A DNA stretch of 64,000 bases from a virus, in the IMG/VR virus record IMGVR_UViG_3300007512_001412, positions 13,326 through 77,325 of that record; one strand, 5' to 3'. Shown piece by piece: positions 56,179-64,000 of this stretch. The notes below the pieces were generated by a model that had not been told where the DNA came from, did not search any database, and saw only the letters and a list, made by a program, of their open reading frames with translations. Both the position numbers and the translations under genes were made by a program. The stretch's first letter is position 1. Every line of letters starts with the position of its first letter.

Positions 56179-57677
56179 GCGGGCGCATCGACCGCTGGAC
56201 CGAGCTTCGGGACGGACTCCGCCGCCACGCGACGGAGATCGGCTACCTGTCGCTGACCACGCACAACTCTGCGGGGCGCGGCACGCAGATCGGACGCCTG
56301 GATCTGACGCCCCGGATGCTGCGGCATTGGCTCAAGCACGGCCCCGCCATCGAGGACGAGTACGACGACGGGCTTCGGGAAATGCTGGAAGCCCTCGCGG
56401 CGAAGGCACCCACGCCTCCCGCGCCGTACCGCGCTGCCTCCGTCGAAGAAGAAGACCTCGTTGACGACGACGAGGACGAGGAAGACGACGAAGACGAGGA
56501 GGGCGAAGACGAGGACGACGTCGTAGACGAGGAAGAAGATGAGGAGGAAGACGCGGACGCGGACCCCGCCGACCGCCCGCTGACGCCGGATCAGATCGAG
56601 AGCGCGGTTCACAAGTGGATGCTCGACCTCTGCGGCAAGAACACGGTCGGGACGGAGCCGGGTCGGTTCCGGGTGCGCTTCTACAAGCCCAAGGGCGGGC
56701 AATTCTGGAGCCTCGCGTTCCGGTACTTCCCCGACGACCTCCCGATCCCGGCCCCCCAACAGCCCGCACAGCCCGCACAGCCGGCAGGCCCCCACGCGCC
56801 GTTGCCGCACTCGCCCATCCCGCAGCAGTCCCTCGTCGGACCGCCGCCCATCCCCGGACCGGCCCCGGCCCCCGGAGCCACCTTCGGACCGCGCATGACC
56901 GACGAGAGCCACAACCCGTTCGCCCCTGGTGCGCCGCCGTTCCCGCAGGCTCCCGCGCAGGCCCCCGGGCAGGCGCAGGCGGGCGTGCCCCCGTACGGGA
57001 CGCCTCCGTACGGAGCGCAGCCCCCGGTCCCGTCCAACGGCAACGGACACGGCGCGTTCCCGTCCGTGCCGCTGCCCCCGTCGCAGCCGCCCCCGCCCGG
57101 GAGCGCCGCGTACCAGGGGATCAGCCAGCCGGCGCAGGATGCGATGGACGCGCTGTTCCACAACTACCGCAACTTCGGTGCGCTGGTGTTCAACACGCTG
57201 TCGCAGATCACGCGCCAGTACGACTACATCCTCACGCAAGTCGGCGGGGCGCTGTCGGACAGCCGGGGCTACGCCGATGACCTCCTGGGGACCGTGTATG
57301 AGTTGCGGACCGACATGCTGGAGAAGCAGCAGGAGTTGGGCGCGGGCGCGAACACGAACGCGCTCAAGGCCGCGTTGGGCGGGCGTGCCATCGATCAGCT
57401 TGGCCTCCTGGGACGCTTGCTGGTGATCCAGAAGCTCAAGGAGTCGGGCGCGTCGGAGGACGAGATCAACACCGCGTTGGGCGCGATCTCCCCGAACGCG
57501 GAGAACGCCCCCGCTACCGACCAAGAAGTGGACGACCTGGGGGAGTGGCTGGTAAGCCGCCCCGACGTCATCCAGACCCTCAACGACAAGAACGTGCGGG
57601 AGTACCTCAAGGACCCCGGCAACGTGGATCAACTCCGTCAACTCGCAAAGGCGCTTGCGCCTCCTTCGGGCGACTAG
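56175..57677 (+). CDS. Hypothetical protein with poly-acidic and Pro/Gln-rich regions
   Basis: 500 aa, high GC3. Confidence 0.75.
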   Translation: MSGRIDRWTELRDGLRRHATEIGYLSLTTHNSAGRGTQIGRLDLTPRMLRHWLKHGPAIEDEYDDGLREMLEALAAKAPTPPAPYRAASVEEEDLVDDDEDEEDDEDEEGEDEDDVVDEEEDEEEDADADPADRPLTPDQIESAVHKWMLDLCGKNTVGTEPGRFRVRFYKPKGGQFWSLAFRYFPDDLPIPAPQQPAQPAQPAGPHAPLPHSPIPQQSLVGPPPIPGPAPAPGATFGPRMTDESHNPFAPGAPPFPQAPAQAPGQAQAGVPPYGTPPYGAQPPVPSNGNGHGAFPSVPLPPSQPPPPGSAAYQGISQPAQDAMDALFHNYRNFGALVFNTLSQITRQYDYILTQVGGALSDSRGYADDLLGTVYELRTDMLEKQQELGAGANTNALKAALGGRAIDQLGLLGRLLVIQKLKESGASEDEINTALGAISPNAENAPATDQEVDDLGEWLVSRPDVIQTLNDKNVREYLKDPGNVDQLRQLAKALAPPSGD

Positions 57678-57702
57678 CCCCTACACCGTGGAGAGAAACC
57701 CC

Positions 57703-58233
57703 GTGGCGAACCAGAACGACCCGAACCAGAAGCGCGTCCCCCCGTGGAAGACGCCGTCCCCCTTCCTGTCGGACCTCCAGACGTTCGACGCCTACCACCT
57801 CCTGATGGCGGATCGAGAGTTTCGCGCGCAGGCGGCTGACGAGTGGGCGACGATCTCCGAAGCCGACAAGGACTTCATCCGAACGAAGCTCCAGTTGGCC
57901 CAGGTCGAAGGGCTCGATGCCGTGCGGCGTCGGCTCGACCACCAGATCGGGATGCTGGAGCAGATCCGGGTGAGCACGCGCCTGACGGTGGACGCCACGC
58001 GCCTGACGGTGGACGCGCTCAAGGGCGGTGCCCGCCGACCGGCCCCGCAGCCGCAGACCGAGGCCCCACAGGAGGCCCCGCAGAACGGCGGCAGCGTCGG
58101 CGGCGTCATCTACGACGAGTCCGACCCGTTCGCGGCGCTGGACGCCAGCCCGTCCGGTGTGGCGGTCCCGTCGCTGGACGGCACCCCCACCGCCGAGGGT
58201 GAGTTGCTCGACCAGGGCGGCGCTCCGGTCTAG
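57703..58233 (+). CDS. Hypothetical coiled-coil protein
   Basis: GGAGA RBS. Contains a 21-bp tandem duplication at 57975-58016 (TRLTVDA x2). Confidence 0.65.
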   Translation: MANQNDPNQKRVPPWKTPSPFLSDLQTFDAYHLLMADREFRAQAADEWATISEADKDFIRTKLQLAQVEGLDAVRRRLDHQIGMLEQIRVSTRLTVDATRLTVDALKGGARRPAPQPQTEAPQEAPQNGGSVGGVIYDESDPFAALDASPSGVAVPSLDGTPTAEGELLDQGGAPV

Positions 58234-58926
58234 GTGACGATGGGCTGGCCGTACCTCCCGCTGGCCGTCGTCCTCGCAGTCGAACCACACGCTGCTGACG
58301 TCGGGGCTGCACCCAAAGCGCGCGGCCCCGATGGGTTCGTGCGCGCGTACGAAGCGGTCATGGGCGACCCGACGAAGCTGGGGCTGACGCCGAAGTACCC
58401 GAAGCGGTGGGACGACCACCGGGCCGACCAGATCCGTCAACAGCTTGGCGCTGCCGCCCACTGGAAGACCCCCATGTGGGAGCACGGCGTCCCGACGCGC
58501 CGGCACCTCTCCCTGGTCATGTGGGGCTACTCCCCGGACCCCGCCGACCTCCGCCGCTGGCTCATGCGCTCGACCGGGCGCGAGCACCCACCCGCGCCCC
58601 CGCAGGTACACGTGCGCTCACGCGCGCGCACGCGCGCGGGTGTATTGGAGTGCCCCCAGGACCCCCCGGGGGAGGAACAAGACCCGCACGTGCCCCAGGA
58701 GGCCCCCGCATCGCCGTGGGAGCGCGTGGTGCGGACGTTGGGCTACCGGGGGCGCACGCTCGCTGCGCTCGCGCATGAAGCGGGGCTCCCCGTGGAGTTG
58801 CTTGAAGCTGTCCCCGACCCCTACCGCTTCCTCGCGGGGGGGATTCCGGTTCACCCAGCGATCACCAAGGCCCACGCCTACGGGTGGTTCCCGGGATCGA
58901 GAGCGCGGTTCCGCCTCACGCGGTGA
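58234..58926 (+). CDS. Hypothetical protein, possible C-terminal HTH
   Basis: TLAALAHEAGLPVELL. Confidence 0.5.
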   Translation: MTMGWPYLPLAVVLAVEPHAADVGAAPKARGPDGFVRAYEAVMGDPTKLGLTPKYPKRWDDHRADQIRQQLGAAAHWKTPMWEHGVPTRRHLSLVMWGYSPDPADLRRWLMRSTGREHPPAPPQVHVRSRARTRAGVLECPQDPPGEEQDPHVPQEAPASPWERVVRTLGYRGRTLAALAHEAGLPVELLEAVPDPYRFLAGGIPVHPAITKAHAYGWFPGSRARFRLTR

Positions 58927-58962
58927 CACGTCCCGGCGCGGTTCCGGCGTGGTGACGAGTCG

Positions 58963-59160
58963 TGATCATTTATAGCTATCCGAAAACGGCCCAAGAACGG
59001 ATCCGTTCTTTTTCTACCTAATGTGTGTGCCTTAGAACGATACTTTTTCGGAGGTAGCTATAAAAGATCATGCTAAATGTATCATTCTAAGACACACACA
59101 TACGTACGAAGTAGATAGCTACCGTCTGAGATAGCTATAAAAGATCATTCGTAGCTATCA
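58963..59160. repeat. AT-rich direct/inverted repeat array, candidate replication origin or control region
   Basis: TAGCTATAAAAGATCAT x2 plus an inverted copy, 18-bp perfect palindrome, 23-bp inverted repeat and five RTAGCTAY boxes. Confidence 0.8.
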
Positions 59161-59180
59161 CTTGCAGAAGGATCGGATCG

Positions 59181-59939
59181 ATGACTTTGCTCTACGGAAG
59201 TGCGACCGCCCTGACCGACCTCCTGACGGAATCGGAGAAGTGGGATTCGACCTGTTGGAACGGGCTGACGGAGAACACCCGGAGGTTCTACTCGACCGGG
59301 GTGGCGCTCCTGGCGAACCAGATCGGGTGCGACGTGACCGTGGGGATGCTCACCAAGGAGGACGGTGACCTCGCGGTGCTCCACCTCCAGGCGCTCTACA
59401 GCCCGGGGCGCATGAAGCAGATCCGAAGCGGGTGGTCCCGGTTCCGGCGATGGGCGAAGAACACGCACCGGCTCAAGCTCCCCGACCTCGACTTCAAGCC
59501 GGGGAAGCTGGAACCGGATCGGAAGGACCGCACGCTGCCCTTGCCGGTCGCCGCCGCTGTCCACCAACTGCGGCAAGCCGTCGCTCCGAACGATCAGGAC
59601 TGGCGCATCCCGAACGTGAGCTACCGGCGTCTGCTGAACATGACCTGGGACGACGTCACCTGGGAGGTAGACCAAGTCCTGTTCCCGCTGCGTCCCGGCA
59701 TGTACTCCCGGTGCAACAAGGCGGCGCTCGATGCGCTCTCCACCCTGTACCAGTACGCCAAGGGGCGCTTCAAGGCCCCGGCTGGCCCCTTGATCCCGCG
59801 CACCCCCGGCGCGCACTACCCCATGTCGCTCTCCGGGTTGCGGCTGTCGATGCAGATGCTCCACGTGCTCGACGCGGAGTGCGGGCACCTGTGGGAAGAC
59901 GACGGAGCGCCACCCCAGGAGGCCGCAGACGTCGTCTAG
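59181..59939 (+). CDS. Degenerate tyrosine-recombinase-like protein
   Basis: LTENTRRFY...IRSGWSRFRRW SAM-like domain and RRLLNMTWDDV. No HxxR or terminal Tyr box recognisable. Confidence 0.45.
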   Translation: MTLLYGSATALTDLLTESEKWDSTCWNGLTENTRRFYSTGVALLANQIGCDVTVGMLTKEDGDLAVLHLQALYSPGRMKQIRSGWSRFRRWAKNTHRLKLPDLDFKPGKLEPDRKDRTLPLPVAAAVHQLRQAVAPNDQDWRIPNVSYRRLLNMTWDDVTWEVDQVLFPLRPGMYSRCNKAALDALSTLYQYAKGRFKAPAGPLIPRTPGAHYPMSLSGLRLSMQMLHVLDAECGHLWEDDGAPPQEAADVV

Positions 59940-61408
59940 AGCGTGAGGTCGAGGGTCGGGTTCTCGACCCACTCGCCGGCTTCGGGAGCCACGTCGTCGG
60001 TCTGCCACTCGTCTTCATCGTCCACCAGGGGGAGCGCCGGGAGCATGACGTCCTGACGCACGTGCGGGACACCGTTGATCGGGATGCCCTCGTTCAGCGC
60101 CTTGCGGTACGCGGTGCTGATCTCCTTCACCGACCGCGCCGCTTCCGCCACGCCGCTGCTCTGATCCTCCTTGGTCGTCCTGCGGTAGTACGCCTTGGCG
60201 GAGTGCGTGTCGATTTCTTCCTCGATGATGCCTTCCTCCTTGAGCGTGTTGAGGACGTCGCGCGACCGGCGCTTGAGCACTTGGGCGTCCCGCAAGATCC
60301 GGCCCAACCCGGTCCAGTCCTCCCCGATGGCGGAGAGGACGTCCCGCCGCATTCGCATGTCCGGGCTCGCGGTCGCGGTGACAGCGATGGCGAGGCTCCC
60401 GGCGAACCCGATCAGGGCGATCTTGATCGCCGCCGACATGAGCCGCGCGTCGATCAGCCAGTCGTACCCCCGCTGGCCCCCGCCCTGCGGCCACCCGTAC
60501 TCCGACGAGAGCCCCAGGAGCAGCGCCGTCTTGATCGCCTGCACCCTGATCCGGGCTCGCGGCCCCACGGCCCGGAGGGTGCCTCCGGTCGGCGCGGTGG
60601 ATCGGACAGCGTGCTCAAACGCATCGAGCAGATCGTGTGCCCCGGCATCGAGCCCCAGGCAGGAGCCCCACAACTGCGGCTGCTTCGCGTAGCGGGAGCA
60701 GATCCCCAACCACCGCCGAAGCCACTCCCGAACCTGCGGCTGCATGTGCGCCCGTTTCACCGACCGCTCCACGTGGGCGTAGATGACGAGGAACCGGGAC
60801 ATGAAGCCCGTTTCCCAATCCTCCGGGTCCACGTAGGTGTCGAGGATCGGGCGGTTGACGCCACCCAGGATCGTGAGGCGCGGCTCCGGGGCGCGGACGA
60901 GGGAGCGGGAAAGCTGCGACTCGACCGGCTCGCAGTCGAACGCCTCCAGAAACTTCGCCTTGATCCCGGTGAGGATGTTCCCGCCCTGCCGGCGCTGCGT
61001 CATGGCGAACAGGTCCGCGAGGTCGCTGTAGACGAGGATCTGCTGCTGGTTCTTGCTCAGACCCTTCGCCAACCCCTGCGGGGAGCCGGGGCGTTCGCCC
61101 CGCCGCCCGGGGACAGCGTCCGCGAGCAGCTTGCTCCCGTACTTGAGCGCGGTGGACTTCCGATCCGCCCCCTGGCGACCGACGACCATGACGTAGAGGT
61201 TCCCGTGCAGATCCCCATCGGGGAGCCCGCCGACGTGAAGCTGCGGCGGGCACACCGACGAGAGCAGCGCGAGCGCCACGCCGACGTCATAGGCGACCGG
61301 GGCTTCGGTCTGCCCGATCATCCAGTCCACGTAGGTAGGGAGAAATCCTGTCGGGAGGCCCCGTGTCAGGGTTAGTAGATCCGCCTCACGACTCCACGGC
61401 AGCGCCAT
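59936..61408 (-). CDS. DUF3987/YfjI-like P-loop NTPase (replicative helicase candidate) with C-terminal winged helix
   Basis: GFL..YV....TEAP..Y, NLYVMVVGRQGADRKST, GSPQGL, LTILGG, GFMSRF. Confidence 0.75.
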   Translation of the reverse strand: MALPWSREADLLTLTRGLPTGFLPTYVDWMIGQTEAPVAYDVGVALALLSSVCPPQLHVGGLPDGDLHGNLYVMVVGRQGADRKSTALKYGSKLLADAVPGRRGERPGSPQGLAKGLSKNQQQILVYSDLADLFAMTQRRQGGNILTGIKAKFLEAFDCEPVESQLSRSLVRAPEPRLTILGGVNRPILDTYVDPEDWETGFMSRFLVIYAHVERSVKRAHMQPQVREWLRRWLGICSRYAKQPQLWGSCLGLDAGAHDLLDAFEHAVRSTAPTGGTLRAVGPRARIRVQAIKTALLLGLSSEYGWPQGGGQRGYDWLIDARLMSAAIKIALIGFAGSLAIAVTATASPDMRMRRDVLSAIGEDWTGLGRILRDAQVLKRRSRDVLNTLKEEGIIEEEIDTHSAKAYYRRTTKEDQSSGVAEAARSVKEISTAYRKALNEGIPINGVPHVRQDVMLPALPLVDDEDEWQTDDVAPEAGEWVENPTLDLTL

Positions 61409-61457
61409 CGCGTGTGTCCCTTGTTCTTCCGGTCAGCCTGCCGACCGTACGGGACTC

Positions 61458-61508
61458 CTTGCGAAATCGCAAGTAGGGGTTGCCAGATAGCTATGGGGTG
61501 GCTATATT
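61458..61508 (+). promoter_or_regulatory. Divergent promoter region with CTTGCG-N4-CGCAAG palindrome and RTAGCTAY operator
   Basis: CTTGCGaaatCGCAAG, then TTGCCA-17-TATATT with ATAGCTAT in the spacer. Confidence 0.7.
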
Positions 61509-61631
61509 GGACGTGCTGATGGATTGAAACGCTGGACGGAATGCCGTCCGGGGAGGACCGCAATGAGTGTCATGGGAGCAGACGCCAAGGCGTCGTACGA
61601 CGCGAAGAAGGGGAAGCCGTGACCGACCCGG

Positions 61632-63587
61632 ATGCCCCGGAAGGAAACGACAGTGTCTGACACCCCGACTGCCCCGTCTTCGCCCCGTCGTTGGGCTTCC
61701 GCTGCCACCGTGGACCTGAGTGGCCGCAAGCCGCGCGTGGGGGTTGTGAGCAAGCCCGCGCACAGCAAGGGCATGGTGCAGGCGCTCAAGGACGCGGGGG
61801 CCAAGGTGGTCCCGCTCAAGAGCAACGCGACGTCGTTCCCCGCCTCCGTGGACGCCATCGTCGTCCGCACGGCGTCCTGCTCCACCGGGGCGTCGAGGGC
61901 GGCGACCGCGTACGGGAAGCACGCCGGGGTGGTGGTCATCCACACCAACGGCAGCGCCGACGCCGTGGACAAGCTCCGTGCGGCCAACATCCTGATCGAC
62001 TTGCCCCTGATCGTCGCCGCCGACATGAAGGCAGATCCCGACGAGGTGCGCGAGCAGGAGAAGGCGCTCAACGAGAAAGCGGCTGCTGCTGCCGACCCCG
62101 ACCCCGTCGCCTTCCGACCGACCGGCAACTGTCCGTACTGCCGCACGCGGGACGGGACCGCCGACCTCTGCGGCCCCTGCACCGACAAGGGAATCCACCG
62201 CTGCGGCAAGGCGACCCGTGCCGGGAGCGCCTGCCCCAAGTGGACGCCCGACGACGGCTGCGCGCACCACCGGGGCAAGCCCGACTGGACTCCGCCCCCG
62301 ACCCCGCCGAAGCCGGCTCTCGCCCCGAAGGAGGCCCCCGTGTCCCGACCCACGTCGTCCCCGAAGCACCTGACCACGCCGCTGCCCTACCCCACGGCGG
62401 GGGACTGGCGGCAGGGCCTCGCGGACCGGCGCGTCCGCGCGATCCGCTGCATCGTGGACAACCCCGGCGTGGTGGCGTCGAAGATCGGGGTGGACACGAA
62501 CACCGGGGCGTACCTCAAGCGCGGCGTCCGCGCCGTCCTGGGGCTCCCCGTCGTCAAGCGCCGCAAGGACGCGAAGCGGGACGTCGCGGGCCACAAGGAG
62601 TTGACCGCGTACGAAGGGTCGCTGGTGATCCACGGCGAGTTGGACAACTACAAGTCCGCGATGATCGACCCGTACGGTCGGCTCACCGCCCCGATCCGGG
62701 GGACGACCACGCAGCCCGCCCTGGTCCCGGTCCCGGTCCCCGTCCCGCCGAAGCCGCTCCCCGTGGACGAGTTGGACACCGCGATCCGGCTCTTGCTGGA
62801 AGCCGCGCCCACCTCGACCTGGGAGGGTCCCGTCGCGGATCTGCGCCGGGAGGTCTGCGACCGCGTGGGCGTCACGCCCAACGGCACCGCCGTCGCCAAC
62901 CGGCTCCGGGCCTACGCGAATGGCAGCATCGAGGACTTCGCCGCCGTGATGACCGTGCCCGCACGGCGACGAGCCAAGGGAGTCGCGGGGCAGAGCGCCA
63001 TCTGGCGGGTGTCCCTGATCGACGTCCCGGGGGCCGCGCACGGCGACGACTTCCTGCACATGCGCGTGGGGGACTTCTCCGACCGGATGATGTGTGGCAG
63101 CACCGCGTCTGCCGCGAGCGTCCCGCCCTACGCCCGGTGGGACACGGTGACGTGCGCCGGTTGCCTCGCCTGCAAGCCCGCCCCCGTGGAGGAGTGCTAC
63201 TGCGGTGCCGCCTGGGACGAGCGGCCCCGGCACGGCTGCGACGAACCGGCTCGACACGGGCCGACGCCCGCCGAGCCGGTGCAGGGGCAGACGTGGGGTG
63301 CGCTGGGGCGTCGAGGTCCCGTCCCGGTCAAGCCCGTCGAGCCGACCGCGTTGATCCCGACCAAGCGCACCGTCACCGTCAAGTGCGAGATCACGATCCC
63401 GCCCGACGCCCTGATCCGCGTCCTGCGGGACGCCGGGATCGACATGGCCGCGAACGCCAAGCTGGGGACCGTCACCTGGGAGCGTGATCTCGACAAGGGC
63501 CTCACCGTCGAGTGGACGGAGCGGTCCGAAGAGGCCAGCCCCCGGCGAGCACTCGCGATGGCGCTGGATGCGTGCTCCGATGACTGA
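61632..63587 (+). CDS. Multidomain hypothetical early protein with Cys clusters
   Basis: 651 aa, high GC3, CPYC/CGPC and CAGC motifs. Confidence 0.7.
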   Translation: MPRKETTVSDTPTAPSSPRRWASAATVDLSGRKPRVGVVSKPAHSKGMVQALKDAGAKVVPLKSNATSFPASVDAIVVRTASCSTGASRAATAYGKHAGVVVIHTNGSADAVDKLRAANILIDLPLIVAADMKADPDEVREQEKALNEKAAAAADPDPVAFRPTGNCPYCRTRDGTADLCGPCTDKGIHRCGKATRAGSACPKWTPDDGCAHHRGKPDWTPPPTPPKPALAPKEAPVSRPTSSPKHLTTPLPYPTAGDWRQGLADRRVRAIRCIVDNPGVVASKIGVDTNTGAYLKRGVRAVLGLPVVKRRKDAKRDVAGHKELTAYEGSLVIHGELDNYKSAMIDPYGRLTAPIRGTTTQPALVPVPVPVPPKPLPVDELDTAIRLLLEAAPTSTWEGPVADLRREVCDRVGVTPNGTAVANRLRAYANGSIEDFAAVMTVPARRRAKGVAGQSAIWRVSLIDVPGAAHGDDFLHMRVGDFSDRMMCGSTASAASVPPYARWDTVTCAGCLACKPAPVEECYCGAAWDERPRHGCDEPARHGPTPAEPVQGQTWGALGRRGPVPVKPVEPTALIPTKRTVTVKCEITIPPDALIRVLRDAGIDMAANAKLGTVTWERDLDKGLTVEWTERSEEASPRRALAMALDACSDD

Positions 63588-63694
63588 CCGCGTCGTCTCC
63601 GACGGCTGGGGCCGACCCCGCCACGCCATCGCGCGCAGGGAGCGAAGCGCCTACGTCACCGCGTGCGGCCTGCGCCTCATCCCGCTCGCGCATT

Positions 63695-64000
63695 TCAGCT
63701 CCCGCGAATGAACGTCACGATGCGCGTGATGGCCTCGCGGAGCGACTCCTCCGTGGCATCAAGGTCTCGCACTTCGGAGCCGGAGGAGGAACGGTCCCGC
63801 GTGTACAGGGTCACCTCACCGTCGTTCGACGCCAGCACTCCTGCCTGGAGCTGCCAGCCGCCGTCGGTCATCCGATCTCCTCCGAAGAAGTAGGTGGCGA
63901 CGCCCCCTTCCACATCGGGAGAAACGCGTGCCGAAACGAGTCCGACTTCGCCGCCCTCCCGCAGGATGAACCGCGCGATATCGACGGCGGCTCGTTGCGG
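63695..64000 (-). CDS. Hypothetical protein, 5' end outside the window
   Basis: Frame stays open to the window end. Confidence 0.5.
   Translation of the reverse strand, partial: PQRAAVDIARFILREGGEVGLVSARVSPDVEGGVATYFFGGDRMTDGGWQLQAGVLASNDGEVTLYTRDRSSSGSEVRDLDATEESLREAITRIVTFIRGS

Larger units (their letters stand above)
1..64000. mobile_element. Bacterial virus/provirus genome segment, probably tailless and membrane-containing
   Basis: Phage-type replication genes, dense ATGA-overlapping small ORFs, long opposing transcription blocks and recombinases. No ribosomal or housekeeping genes and no recognisable head-tail genes. Confidence 0.85.

Noticed and set aside
58963-59160. CRISPR array
   Set aside because: Only two direct 17-mers plus inverted copies, irregular spacing and no cas genes.
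61511-61535. CTGATGG...GAAAC resembling a hammerhead ribozyme core (GCTGATGGA also at 10711)
   Set aside because: The core should be CUGANGA with a stem II and flanking stems I/III, and these are not present.
1-64000. tRNA or rRNA genes, introns and inteins
   Set aside because: No cloverleaf, rRNA signature or intein splice motif recognised by eye. tRNAscan-SE and an intein HMM scan, especially on the helicase inserts, would be needed to exclude them.

Overview
This very GC-rich window reads as most of a bacterial virus or provirus genome, with no host housekeeping genes. It has five parts. (1) 1.1-14.7 kb, + strand: replication and recombination genes (Sak4-like AAA ATPase, SSB-like protein, uracil-DNA-glycosylase-fused family A DNA polymerase, Rad50/SbcC-like ATPase, dNMP kinase, tyrosine resolvase) plus many small early ORFs. 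(2) 15.5-24.8 kb: a serine resolvase, a glycan synthesis/modification cluster (WbpB-like dehydrogenase, sulfotransferase, SAM methyltransferase, two glycosyltransferases), a kinase and two beta-rich spike-like proteins. (3) 24.9-27.1 kb: a lower-GC island with two orphan adenine DNA methyltransferases. (4) 27-55.5 kb, - strand: a long late/structural operon with a split metallopeptidase-vWA system, a giant LysM+SNF2 (DarB-like) protein, a K/A-rich core protein, many small membrane proteins, a transglutaminase-like cysteine hydrolase and two beta-rich jelly-roll-like capsid candidates. (5) 56-64 kb: an AT-rich repeat array (candidate origin), a degenerate integrase and a DUF3987-like helicase. 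I could not recognise a terminase, portal, HK97 capsid or tail gene. My main hypothesis is an unusually large tailless, membrane-containing jelly-roll virus whose virion proteins are matured at repeated hydrophobic-Gly (mostly FG) motifs by its own protease and which encodes its own glycosylation enzymes. A palindromic RTAGCTAY operator regulon and a TTGACA-N4-GCAAG promoter class are directly visible in the DNA. All family assignments come from motif recognition by eye, not from database searches.
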